From IMG/VR virus record IMGVR_UViG_3300020044_008670, positions 1 through 27,364 of that record: a DNA stretch of 27,364 nt; one strand, 5' to 3'. A program made the translations under genes and the position numbers. The notes under the pieces are model-generated. The model was not told the DNA's origin and made no database searches. It saw nothing but the letters and a program-made list of their open reading frames with translations. Source of the stretch: a virus. Its lineage: Duplodnaviria; Caudoviricetes. Positions 7,407-16,274 of this stretch are shown here, piece by piece (within the stretch, counting starts at the first letter, position 1; every line of letters starts with the position of its first letter).

Positions 7407-8854
7407 GCCTTGTTGCCAAAGTCGCGGCCATTGTAAAAGCGACGCAGAACTCCCGCATCGTAGACCTGCCCGAGGACGTGCGCGAGCTTACGCGCTTCAT
7501 CCCGCGCCCCTTGCAGGGCCAGATGTACGAGCGCATGAAGCGCTTCAACTCGTGGGTGGTGCATCGCCGGTTCGGGAAGTCCGTCCTGGCCGTGAACGCG
7601 CTGGGCGAGAAAGCGATCGAGTGCCCATTTCCCAACGGGCGGTATGCCTACCTGGCCCCGACCTATGACATGGCGAGGAACATTGCATGGACGTACCTGA
7701 AGGACTTTGCCGACCGTATTCCTACCGCGGAAAAAATGGAGAGCAAGCTAACTGTCGAGCTTCCGACACGGCTTGGTGGTCGGGCGCAGATCGCTCTGTA
7801 TGGTACGGACACCCCGAAGCAACGATTGCGCGGTATGTATCTGGACGGAGTGGTGTTCGACGAGTGGGCGCAGATACCGCCGCACGTCTGGACGCAGCAG
7901 GTCCGCCCGATGCTGTCGGACGTAAACCGTAACGGCTTCGACAATCGCCTCGACCCGAACCAGTGGGCGATCTTCATGACCACGCCCTTCGGGCGCAACC
8001 ATGCTCACCACATGCACCGCCGCGCGGAGTTGTGGGCGCAGGGCTTGGGCGCGAAGATGGGTGGCGGCGAGATCGACAGTGCGGCGGGCGAGGAGATCGT
8101 CTATCGTAGTGACTGGGCCGCGGAACTCTGGAAGGCCAGTCAGACCGGGGTGTTGAACGCCGAGGAACTTCGCCTGGCCAGGATGGACATGAACGATGAC
8201 GACGCCTACGAGCAGGAGTACGAGTGTAGCTGGGACGCCGCCGTCAAGGGCGCGATCTACGCGAAGCAACTGGCCGAGCTTAAAGACCGTGACCGTATCC
8301 GTGCAGTCCCGTACAACCCCCTCCTCCCGGTCCACACAGGTTGGGACCTGGGCTTCGACGATTGCACAGCTATCTGGTTTGTTCAGTGTGTGGCAAACGA
8401 AGTACGTGTCATAGACTACTACGAAGCCGCTGGCGCTGCGCTAGACCACTACGCCGATATACTGGAGAAGAAGGGGTATCGCTATGGACGACACTACTGG
8501 CCACACGACGTCGAAGTCACCGAGCTTGGATCGGGCAAGTCCCGCGCATCCGTTCTCCGTGCCCTTGGAGTTCGCGGCGTCACTGTTCCGCGCGCCAACG
8601 TGGAGGACGGCATTGCAGCGGTACGAACGCTTTTGCCGCGCTGCCTCTTCGACACCAGCTCGACGCAGGATGGCCTTGACCGCGTGGCTCTGTACCACCG
8701 AGAGTATGATGAACGGCAGCAGGTATTCCGCCAGAAGCCCAAGCACGATTGGACGTCTCACAGTGCGGATGCACTGAGGACCCTCGCGATGGGTTTGCGG
8801 AAATTTGCGCCCGAGCAGGGGCAGGATTATCTCCAACAGACGGCGGTATTGTGA
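7403..8854 (+). CDS. terL: Terminase large subunit
   Basis: Walker A HRRFGKS, YLAPT, Walker B GVVFDE, TTPFG, RNaseH-like GWDLGFDD and HDWTSHSADA. Start placed at CTG 7403 (CTGA overlap, GGAG upstream); the ORF track uses 7220. Confidence 0.95.
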   Translation: MSLVAKVAAIVKATQNSRIVDLPEDVRELTRFIPRPLQGQMYERMKRFNSWVVHRRFGKSVLAVNALGEKAIECPFPNGRYAYLAPTYDMARNIAWTYLKDFADRIPTAEKMESKLTVELPTRLGGRAQIALYGTDTPKQRLRGMYLDGVVFDEWAQIPPHVWTQQVRPMLSDVNRNGFDNRLDPNQWAIFMTTPFGRNHAHHMHRRAELWAQGLGAKMGGGEIDSAAGEEIVYRSDWAAELWKASQTGVLNAEELRLARMDMNDDDAYEQEYECSWDAAVKGAIYAKQLAELKDRDRIRAVPYNPLLPVHTGWDLGFDDCTAIWFVQCVANEVRVIDYYEAAGAALDHYADILEKKGYRYGRHYWPHDVEVTELGSGKSRASVLRALGVRGVTVPRANVEDGIAAVRTLLPRCLFDTSSTQDGLDRVALYHREYDERQQVFRQKPKHDWTSHSADALRTLAMGLRKFAPEQGQDYLQQTAVL

Positions 8855-9372
8855 AGTTTCGTACGGCGTCGGGTGCCGAGTTACTGGTTGCGCATTGCGT
8901 GTGGGGCAACTACCTGTGGCGTGGATTGAAGAACGTAAGGATCGTGGATGACCACTTCAGGGAAGACTACGTCGAAGAACTCGTCAACGAGTGGGGCTTC
9001 ACCCGTCCAACTGGACCTGTTCATTCCGGAAGACCGGCTTTCGTCTCGGACGCTAGCGCCGCATACGCCTTTCTATTTGCCCCCCAGTCCGCAGGCGTTG
9101 CGCAGCTATGCCATGAGATTGGGCATGCCGTTCACGACCGTCTGTACCCCGCCAGCCGTGACTGGGGCCACGAGCAGGCCGAAGCCTTCGCGCTACTAGC
9201 CGACGTGAACGCCGGGCGGTGGCGCACCCTGGAGCCCGCCGAGCGTGTGTCGTTCTGCGAACACATCAAGGCGTGCCGGAACAACCCTGGCTACGAGCGC
9301 GCCTTGCGTTGGGCGTTCTCGTTGCGTAAGCTGAAACTCAAGGAGCAGATGGATGCAATCTCCAAAGGATGA
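8851..9372 (+). CDS. Putative HExxH zinc metallopeptidase
   Basis: GTGA overlap with the terL stop; LCHEIGHAVH (HEIGH at 9112-9126) followed by EQAEAFA, a gluzincin-like third ligand. Confidence 0.7.
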   Translation: MKFRTASGAELLVAHCVWGNYLWRGLKNVRIVDDHFREDYVEELVNEWGFTRPTGPVHSGRPAFVSDASAAYAFLFAPQSAGVAQLCHEIGHAVHDRLYPASRDWGHEQAEAFALLADVNAGRWRTLEPAERVSFCEHIKACRNNPGYERALRWAFSLRKLKLKEQMDAISKG

Positions 9373-9505
9373 AGAAGCGACCTGTGACGACTGCGGGTGG
9401 AAGGGTCCGGTGAAGCTGCTCCAGCCCAACCCCCGATCGCCCATCCCCGATTGCTGCCCGGAGTGCGGCTCGCCGGAAACCTGGTGGCCGAGCGCCAATG
9501 GCTGA
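9353..9505 (+). CDS. Small zinc-ribbon protein (50 aa)
   Basis: Not in the ORF track. SD AGGAG; MQSPKDEEATCDDCGWKG...DCCPECGSPETWWPSANG. Confidence 0.7.
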   Translation: MQSPKDEEATCDDCGWKGPVKLLQPNPRSPIPDCCPECGSPETWWPSANG

Positions 9506-9719
9506 CGAGAAGCCCAGCGAAACCGTCCGCCCGCGGCGCATCAAGTACCACTCCTCGACGCAGCGCGGGGCGGGATCGAGCGGCAGGGACGACAGCGACA
9601 ACCCCCTGTCGCAGAACTTCCTGCCCCTCGACGATCGCGGGGAACGTGGCCGGGCTCGTTGGTGGGCGCTGCACGGCAAGAAGTACGCTCGCAAGGACGT
9701 GGTTGAGTTCGACGGCTGA
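9498..9719 (+). CDS. Hypothetical protein (73 aa)
   Basis: Overlaps the preceding ORF end, GC3-rich, fills the operon. Confidence 0.6.
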   Translation: MADEKPSETVRPRRIKYHSSTQRGAGSSGRDDSDNPLSQNFLPLDDRGERGRARWWALHGKKYARKDVVEFDG

Positions 9720-9737
9720 TTGAAGTATCATGCCCGA

Positions 9738-9989
9738 ATGATAGTACGTTACGACCTGGGCAAGGCGTTTGGGCTAGAGCGCCTTATGCAGGCGTTCAAC
9801 GTAGGCACACCACAGCAACGTCAAAATATTGGGAGCCCGCAGGCCAGTGCGCCCCAACCGCAAACACCTGCCGCAAAACCTGAAGAAGGCGCTAACAGAG
9901 CGGGGTCGGGCGCTACGCTTCTTGTGCCCCCGGACAATGGTGGGCTGGCAAACGCGAAGACCCGTAAGACTTTGCTGGGCGGCGTTTAG
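9738..9989 (+). CDS. Small putative virion protein (KTLLG C-terminus), paralog 1
   Basis: Starts MIVRYDLGKAF and ends KTRKTLLGGV; promoter TTGAGT-N17-TATCAT ends 6 nt upstream of ATG 9738. Confidence 0.7.
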   Translation: MIVRYDLGKAFGLERLMQAFNVGTPQQRQNIGSPQASAPQPQTPAAKPEEGANRAGSGATLLVPPDNGGLANAKTRKTLLGGV

Positions 9990-10027
9990 ATTGACGGGTA
10001 GCTCCTGCATGTGGTAGGCTCCAGCCT

Positions 10028-10300
10028 ATGCAGGTCCGTTACGACATTGGCGCGATCTTCGCGCCCATCGCCCGCCTCTTTGGTGGCGGCCAACAGTCCG
10101 AAGCCAAGTATTTCAATACAGGGCCGAGCGCCGCGGAAATTCGCGCGCAGGAGCAGCAGGCCGCGCAGGAAGCTAAGAACAAGAGCATGGCCGAGCAGGC
10201 CAACCGCCAGGGCGCGGCCTCGTCCCTTCTCACCGCAGCGGATAGCGGCTCCGAGTTCTCGGGCCTCAAGACGCGCAAGACCCTTCTCGGAGGCGCGTAA
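10028..10300 (+). CDS. Small putative virion protein (KTLLG C-terminus), paralog 2
   Basis: Starts MQVRYDIGAIF and ends KTRKTLLGGA; this type of gene commonly precedes the portal in such podoviruses. Confidence 0.8.
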   Translation: MQVRYDIGAIFAPIARLFGGGQQSEAKYFNTGPSAAEIRAQEQQAAQEAKNKSMAEQANRQGAASSLLTAADSGSEFSGLKTRKTLLGGA

Positions 10301-10635
10301 TGGCTTATGCAGTAGGCGGCAACGTCCGCACCCGCGAAGCCGCGGTAGACGCCAACGCCGAATACACCGACTGGGTGCGCATGGACGGGCGTAATTCTCC
10401 CAATGTCTTCACCGCTTCCGTATCCGACGACAGCACGACCCTGTCCTGTGTTTGGGTGGTGCAGGCCCGGCGCGTCAAGTCGGACGGCACAACAGGAAAC
10501 ACCATCACGCTTTATACGTCTGGCGCGGCCTCGACGGGCGGCGCGCAGACCGCGCAGCTTGCCGGTGTGTGGGAAGTGCGCTGCGGCCTCCTTACCCGCG
10601 CGGCGGGCTCGGGCGTCGCTGCTATCAACTGGTAG
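10300..10635 (+). CDS. Hypothetical beta-rich protein, probably structural
   Basis: TAATG coupling with the upstream gene; Gly/Ala/Thr-rich. Confidence 0.7.
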   Translation: MAYAVGGNVRTREAAVDANAEYTDWVRMDGRNSPNVFTASVSDDSTTLSCVWVVQARRVKSDGTTGNTITLYTSGAASTGGAQTAQLAGVWEVRCGLLTRAAGSGVAAINW

Positions 10636-10638
10636 CCA

Positions 10639-11472
10639 ATGACCGTAATGAGCCCCGTAATGCGCGCGCCCATGAGCACGCCGATGGCCGGGGCGACCAA
10701 CTTGGCGGGAAGTGTACTTGAAGAAACCGAAGCGTGGGTTGGCGCGGTAAGGGCCAACAGCGGCTCAGTATCCGACGACCGGGCGCGTGTGGTGGGCGCT
10801 TTCATCGCCGCGGAGAAGGATGCGGGAACGTGGGCGCTGACCGATGACTACTGGGCGCTGTGGGGTGAAAATGCCACCCAGGCGCTCGTGTCCCTGAAGC
10901 AGCGCCGCCTGGCCACGACAAGCGGCTCTCCGACCTTCGCGGCCAACACCGGCTACACCTTCAGCGGAACCAACTATATCAACACCGGGTTTATCCCGTC
11001 GTCGCACGCCGTCAACCTCGTGGCGGCGAGCGGACGGCTTGCTTCCTACGACCGGACAAACGTGGCGGCGTCCAACACGGTGATTTCGGCGGGGGCGGTC
11101 GACCTCACGATCGTTACACGCTCCAGCACTGGCCTCATGCGGGGTGCTATGTGTTCGGCCACGTTCAACGTAACTGGTTCGGAAGCTTCGGATCGCAGGG
11201 GCCACAACGTGCTGGTCCGGACCGGGGCCACCACCGGGATAGCCTACCGGCGCGGGGCCGCCAGCGGCTCAGGCGGCACGGTTGCCTCGACGACGGCGCT
11301 TCCGAGCGTGGCCCTCTTTATCGGCGGTGCGAACAGCGCGGGGTCGATCACGGGCGGGTTCGCCGGAAGCATTGGCATGTTCGTGATCGGTGCGCCCCTG
11401 ACCGCGGCGCAGGAGGCGGCGCACTACACCAATGTCCAGGCGTGGGCCACATCAGTTGGAGCTAACGTCTAG
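10639..11472 (+). CDS. Putative virion protein with a ConA/LamG-like beta-sandwich
   Basis: NYINTGFIPS...LFIGGAN...FAGSIGMFVIGAPLTAAQ pattern typical of lectin-like phage domains. Confidence 0.65.
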   Translation: MTVMSPVMRAPMSTPMAGATNLAGSVLEETEAWVGAVRANSGSVSDDRARVVGAFIAAEKDAGTWALTDDYWALWGENATQALVSLKQRRLATTSGSPTFAANTGYTFSGTNYINTGFIPSSHAVNLVAASGRLASYDRTNVAASNTVISAGAVDLTIVTRSSTGLMRGAMCSATFNVTGSEASDRRGHNVLVRTGATTGIAYRRGAASGSGGTVASTTALPSVALFIGGANSAGSITGGFAGSIGMFVIGAPLTAAQEAAHYTNVQAWATSVGANV

Positions 11473-13106
11473 TGAAAAACAAACTGGCCGATGCGATCGT
11501 AGAGCGGGAGAAGACAAAGCGCGGCGAGCGAGGATCGTGGGAAAGCCTGTGGCAGTCGATCGCCCGGTACTGCCTGCCGAACTCCGCGTCCTTCATGGAG
11601 CAGGTCACCCCCGGCCAGGACCGAATGCGCTGGATTTTGGATAGCACCGCGCCACGGTCGCTGGAGATGTTCGCGTCCTTCCTGCACACGCTCCTGAACA
11701 ACCCGGCCTCCGAGTGGGTGCGCCTGGGCGTCGAAGGCGAGCCGGAACTCCAGCTTTCGTCCACGGTCAGGGCGTACCTGGAGACGTGCCAGAAGAAGAT
11801 CATGAACGCGCTCACCTCCCCGAGCGCGGATATCTATTCGCAGCTTCATCAGGTCTACCTCGATATCGGCGCGTTCGGCACGGCGGTCATGTTCGAAGAC
11901 GTCGTGAACAAGAAGCTGCGTTGCCGCGTCTACCACCTCGACGACTGCGTCATCGACGAGGGCGAGGACGAGAACATCGACAGTATGATCCGCCAGCGCT
12001 CGCAGACCAAGCGCGCGGCGCTCCAGCGCTTCAGCGCGGAGAAGCTGGGCCGGGAGTACACGAACCTCTCCGACAACAAGCTCGGCACCAAGGATCGCTT
12101 CCTGCACGCCGTCTTCCCGGCCACCGACCCCCTGGCCGTGGAGTTGCCCGAGCGCCAGAAGCTCAAGGGCGCGGCCTTCTATTCGTGCTGGATTTTGACC
12201 GGCACGGAGAACCGCATCCTGGAATACGGCTCCTACGAGGAGTTCCCCTACTTCGTGCCGCGCTGGTACAAGGCCCGCGGCGAAATCTATGGACGCAGCC
12301 CGGCCATGACCGCCATGCCGGATATCCGCATGGTCAACCGCATGTCGGACACGATACTGCGCGGGGCCGAGAAGATCGTCGACCCGCCGCTGGTCATCCC
12401 CGATGGCTCGCTGGTGTCCCCGGTGCGCCTCCATGCCGGTGGCCTGACGTTCACCGAGGGGCAGGTCGATATCAAGACCCTGATCCCGCCCGGCACGTCG
12501 CGCATCGAGACGGGCAACGAACTGCTCATCGCGCGCCAGCAGTCGATCAAGGAAGCCTTCTTCACTCCGCTGTTCGTTACTCCGGACAGCCCGGTCAAGA
12601 CGGCCACGCAGGTCCTCCAGGAAGTCGACGAGCGCAACCGCGCCCTGTCCCCCATGCTCGTGCGTATGCAAACCGAGTTGTTCTCGCGCCTCGTCACGCG
12701 CACGTTCAACATCCTAGAGCGCTCGGGCGTCCTGCCCAAGCCCCCGATGGAACTGGCCGGGAAGCAGTTGAAGCTGGAGTACGTCTCGCCACTGATCGCC
12801 TCGCAGAAGCAGATGGAGGGCCTGTCCCTCGTCCGCACCTTCGAAATGATGGCGGCGTGGGCGCAGGTCGACAAGGGCTTGTTCGATTGGATCGACACTG
12901 ATATGGTGGCTCAACTGCTCCCGCTCGCCAACGGTGCGTCGGCCAAGATCGTGCAGACCAAGACCAAGGTGGACAGCGTTCGCAAGGCCCGTGCGCAGCA
13001 GGAGCAGGCCGCGATGCAGGCCCAGTTGATGCCGGAAGCGGCGCAGGCAGGAGCCGCCCTTATGACGGCTGGAGCGAAGGTAACACAGGCCAATAATGCA
13101 GGCTAA
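11472..13106 (+). CDS. Portal protein (head-to-tail connector, T7 gp8/Bbp21-like)
   Basis: WESLWQSIARYCLP, DSTAP, DIGAFGTA, FPYFVPRW...GEIYGRSPA, KTATQV, LEYVSPL. Confidence 0.95.
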   Translation: MKNKLADAIVEREKTKRGERGSWESLWQSIARYCLPNSASFMEQVTPGQDRMRWILDSTAPRSLEMFASFLHTLLNNPASEWVRLGVEGEPELQLSSTVRAYLETCQKKIMNALTSPSADIYSQLHQVYLDIGAFGTAVMFEDVVNKKLRCRVYHLDDCVIDEGEDENIDSMIRQRSQTKRAALQRFSAEKLGREYTNLSDNKLGTKDRFLHAVFPATDPLAVELPERQKLKGAAFYSCWILTGTENRILEYGSYEEFPYFVPRWYKARGEIYGRSPAMTAMPDIRMVNRMSDTILRGAEKIVDPPLVIPDGSLVSPVRLHAGGLTFTEGQVDIKTLIPPGTSRIETGNELLIARQQSIKEAFFTPLFVTPDSPVKTATQVLQEVDERNRALSPMLVRMQTELFSRLVTRTFNILERSGVLPKPPMELAGKQLKLEYVSPLIASQKQMEGLSLVRTFEMMAAWAQVDKGLFDWIDTDMVAQLLPLANGASAKIVQTKTKVDSVRKARAQQEQAAMQAQLMPEAAQAGAALMTAGAKVTQANNAG

Positions 13107-13395
13107 GAGGGAAATCGCACCGGAGGAGCTAGTGCTTCTCTATCAGGATTGTTTTGGCTCGCCCGCGGGCAAGGTGGTCCTGACGCATCTGGTGGCCAAG
13201 TTCGGCTTCACCAACAAGTCGACGAACGTGCCCGGCGACCCCTATGGCACGCACGTCAACGAGGGTCATCGAGGGGTGCTGGTGTATATCGGCAAGATGC
13301 TGTCGATGACACCGGACGATCTGAAACAGCCCACAGAGGCTGAGAGCGAAACGTCCGTTCAGAGAAAGGGTGAAGGACATGAAGGCGAGTTCTAG
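13096..13395 (+). CDS. Bbp19-like small protein
   Basis: YQDCFGSPAGKVVLTHL...DPYGTHVNEGHR; conserved position after the portal. Confidence 0.85.
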   Translation: MQAKREIAPEELVLLYQDCFGSPAGKVVLTHLVAKFGFTNKSTNVPGDPYGTHVNEGHRGVLVYIGKMLSMTPDDLKQPTEAESETSVQRKGEGHEGEF

Positions 13396-14374
13396 TTTTC
13401 GAATTTATTATGACGGAGAAGCTGGTGGAAGTGGAGGTAGCGGAACTGCGGGCGGCGCTGGCGCAGGCGATGCTGGTGCGGGAGGAGCAGGCGCTCCGAA
13501 TAGTCTCCTTGGAGGTGGAGCTGGAGGCGCTGCGCCAGGCGTGGGGGCTGGAAATCCTGGAGAAGGCCAACAGCAACGCAGCGACGTTTTTAAGCTCCCT
13601 GACAACTGGGACTACCGATCCGCTCTCCCCCCGGAGCTGAAGGAAAGCCCTTCGGCCAAAAAGTACGCCAACATCGAGGAACTGGTGCGCGGCTTCGACC
13701 ACGCTTCGCAGTTCATTGGGCGACCCACGGACCACCTGGTCGAGCTTCCCCCGAACGCGAGCCCGGAGGCCCAGCGCGCGGCCTTCGAAAAGATGGGCCT
13801 GCCCAAGGACATGGCGGGCTACAAGCTCGATCAGAAGGCGGTGGGCGAGAGCATCAAGCTCGACGCGCCGGGCATGAAGACCCTCACCGAGGCGGCCTTC
13901 AAGGCGGGTGTGCTGCCCAAGCAGCTTGAGGGCTTGCTCGGTACGTTCAATGGCATGATCGAGCAGGGCCAGAAGGACATGGCCGCGGCAGAGATCGAGC
14001 GCAACAGCCAGAACATCGAAGCGCTCAAGAACGAACTGGGCGAAGCGTTCGACGGCGACGTGGCCGCGGCCAACTTCGCGGTCGGCAAATTGGGTGGCGA
14101 AGCCCTGCGCGAAAGCCTCAATCGGGCAGGATTGGGTACGGACGGTCCGGTCCTGAAGATGCTGGCCAAAGTCGGCAAGATGCTGGGCGAAGACGAGGGC
14201 GGCGGTGACAAGCCGGGCGACTTCGGTGGCGGCCTCACCCCAGATGCGGCCAAGGAGCAGGGCCAGGCGCTCATTCGTCAGGCGATCGACGAGCCCAACA
14301 TCATGAAGCGCCGCGAGTTGGAGAAGAAGGCCCAGGAGTTCTTCGCCAAGGCCGAGAAGCGGAGCGCCAAATGA
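13379..14374 (+). CDS. Capsid scaffolding/assembly protein
   Basis: Gly/Ala-rich N-terminus then a helical region (LKNELGEAFD, LAKVGKMLGED); lies between portal and capsid. ATG 13379 preferred over GTG 13370. Confidence 0.85.
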   Translation: MKASSSFRIYYDGEAGGSGGSGTAGGAGAGDAGAGGAGAPNSLLGGGAGGAAPGVGAGNPGEGQQQRSDVFKLPDNWDYRSALPPELKESPSAKKYANIEELVRGFDHASQFIGRPTDHLVELPPNASPEAQRAAFEKMGLPKDMAGYKLDQKAVGESIKLDAPGMKTLTEAAFKAGVLPKQLEGLLGTFNGMIEQGQKDMAAAEIERNSQNIEALKNELGEAFDGDVAAANFAVGKLGGEALRESLNRAGLGTDGPVLKMLAKVGKMLGEDEGGGDKPGDFGGGLTPDAAKEQGQALIRQAIDEPNIMKRRELEKKAQEFFAKAEKRSAK

Positions 14375-14481
14375 TGACGGCCCTGTGGATTTTCCTGGGC
14401 GTTCTCGCGGGCGTGGCGATCGGCGTGCTGGTGCTGGGCCTGGCGCTGCGAGATGCGCTCTCTAGCCTCTGGAAGAAGTAG
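14371..14481 (+). CDS. Small membrane protein (36 aa)
   Basis: ATGA overlap; MMTALWIFLGVLAGVAIGVLVLGLALRDALSSLWKK. Confidence 0.65.
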   Translation: MMTALWIFLGVLAGVAIGVLVLGLALRDALSSLWKK

Positions 14482-14492
14482 GACTTGACAAT

Positions 14493-14525
14493 TCCGTGGG
14501 AGTGTGACAACCATACTCCCACGGA
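14493..14525. repeat. 14-bp stem inverted repeat upstream of the major capsid gene
   Basis: TCCGTGGGAGTGTG-acaac-CATACTCCCACGGA (one G-U pair), directly after TTGACA at 14485. Confidence 0.75.
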
Positions 14526-14604
14526 CCAAGTTCGGCCCCTGGATAGGGACACCCGGCGCGGTTCCACCGAACCCCCACAACCTATCCAATAGGCAACGTA
14601 TCTG

Positions 14605-15483
14605 ATGCGTATTCTTTACTCTGTCGACATTCCGGTGTCGTATGTCACCCAGTTCTCCAGCAACGTGCATCTGCTCGCGGAACAGCGCTACTCGCGCCTG
14701 CTTCCCGCGGTCATGCGCGAGCAGGGCACGGGCGAGAGCGGCGCGATCGAAATTACGGGCGGCATCGACGCTCCGAACGAGATCAACGAGCGTCATGGCG
14801 ACACGCCCCTGAACAACACGCCGCAGACCCGGCGCTGGTGGTTCATGAAGGACTACGACGTGGCCGACCTGATCGACAAGCAGGACCGCGTCAAGATGCT
14901 GATCCAGCTCGACAGCATCTACACGATGCGCCACGCGGGCACGATGGGCCGTGGCATGGACGACGCCATCATCACGGCGCTGTACGCCACCGCCGTCACC
15001 GGCCACACCGGCTCGGGCACGACCGCCTTCCCGACTTCGACCCAGCAGCTTGCTTCGGGCTCGACGGGCCTGACGATCGACAAGCTCAACCGCGCCAAGG
15101 AAATCCTCGACGCCAACGAGGTCGACGAGTTCTACCCGCGCTTCTTCGCCGCCACGTCCCGCCAGATGCGCGAGCTTCTGGAAGACGACAAGGTGACGTC
15201 GCAGGACTTCAACACGGTCAAGGCCCTCGTGCAGGGCCAGGTCGACACCTTCCTGGGCTTCAAGTTCATCCGTACCGAGCGCCTGATCTCGACGTCCAGC
15301 GTGCGCAACTGCTTCGCCTGGGCGCAGCCCGCCATCCGTTTCATCGACGGCATGAACCCGAACACCACGGCCTCTCCCCGCCCGGACAAGCGCTACTCGC
15401 AGCAGATTTATACCTGCGGCTCGTGGGCAGCTCTCCGCACGGAAGACGAAATGGTCGTCTCGGTTCTGTGCAGCGAAGCCTAA
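14605..15483 (+). CDS. Major capsid protein
   Basis: YVTQFSSNVHLLAEQRYSRL, ADLIDKQD, MGRGMDDAII, SQDFNTVKALVQG..TFLGFKFI; follows the scaffold gene. Confidence 0.93.
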   Translation: MRILYSVDIPVSYVTQFSSNVHLLAEQRYSRLLPAVMREQGTGESGAIEITGGIDAPNEINERHGDTPLNNTPQTRRWWFMKDYDVADLIDKQDRVKMLIQLDSIYTMRHAGTMGRGMDDAIITALYATAVTGHTGSGTTAFPTSTQQLASGSTGLTIDKLNRAKEILDANEVDEFYPRFFAATSRQMRELLEDDKVTSQDFNTVKALVQGQVDTFLGFKFIRTERLISTSSVRNCFAWAQPAIRFIDGMNPNTTASPRPDKRYSQQIYTCGSWAALRTEDEMVVSVLCSEA

Positions 15484-15506
15484 TAGTTAACCAAGGAACC
15501 TGACAC

Positions 15507-15935
15507 ATGGCCACTCTCTACTCTGATATCATCACCGGGCTTCGCGCTACTCCGCAGACGAAGCCGGACAGCGGGCAGTCGAACGGCAAGGTGCGCTGCG
15601 ACGTGTTCTCCTGGACGGGCGACGCTGCGCAGAACGACCTGGTCGAACTGGCGAAGCTCCCGGTGGGCGCTCGCATCCTCAACGGGTTCGTCGACTTCAC
15701 CGATTTCGGTACGTCGATAACCCTCGACATTGGTGACGGCACGACCGAGAACAAGTACCTGTCGGCGCTGGACATCGCTACGGCGGCGGGCACGTCGGCC
15801 TTCGCGAACACCTGGGCGCTGTATGGCCTGGGCCGCGAGCGCCTGTCGACGGCCATCACGCTGACGGCCAAGCTGGAAGGCGGCAATCCGGCTTCCGGCT
15901 CGCTGTACGGCTACATCCTCTACATGGTGGAGTAG
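15507..15935 (+). CDS. Capsid decoration/cement protein (Bbp16-like)
   Basis: SD AAGGA; DLVELAKLPVGARI...LDIGD jelly-roll-type pattern; directly after the capsid gene. Confidence 0.75.
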   Translation: MATLYSDIITGLRATPQTKPDSGQSNGKVRCDVFSWTGDAAQNDLVELAKLPVGARILNGFVDFTDFGTSITLDIGDGTTENKYLSALDIATAAGTSAFANTWALYGLGRERLSTAITLTAKLEGGNPASGSLYGYILYMVE

Positions 15936-15939
15936 CCTC

Positions 15940-16170
15940 TTGGCCACTCTTACCCTCAACGCCTCGATCACCCCGTCTCGACAGGTCACTGTGACCTACG
16001 GGACGGGCGGGTCCCTCACGGGGTCCGTGGCGCTCCTGATCGACAACACGCTGACGGATGGCATGTCCGTCGAGAAGATGATTAACGCGCTGGTGCGTTC
16101 GTACCACCGCCAGTCCTCCAAGTCGTCCAAGGTATCGGGCATCGCTACGTCCGGGACCACGGCAGAGTAG
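15940..16170 (+). CDS. Small hypothetical protein, probably structural
   Basis: TTG start after GGAG; ends before a terminator. Confidence 0.65.
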   Translation: MATLTLNASITPSRQVTVTYGTGGSLTGSVALLIDNTLTDGMSVEKMINALVRSYHRQSSKSSKVSGIATSGTTAE

Positions 16171-16213
16171 TCCTCGCGGCGGGCGTTTCCCTCACCCTCC
16201 TCCCCCGCCGCGG

Positions 16214-16247
16214 CCCCCTGTCCCTCGTGGACAGGGGGTTTCTCTTT
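16214..16247 (+). terminator. Rho-independent terminator after the head genes
   Basis: CCCCCTGTCC-ctcgt-GGACAGGGGG then TTTCTCTTT. Confidence 0.85.
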
Positions 16248-16274
16248 GCCCCCCATCCGTGATAGTATCCGGGT

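Noticed and set aside
15507-15527. MATLY-SD start of the decoration protein as a seventh leader
   Set aside because: It lacks the basic/[VI] pattern, and similar starts seem native to this family; left uncounted pending alignment.
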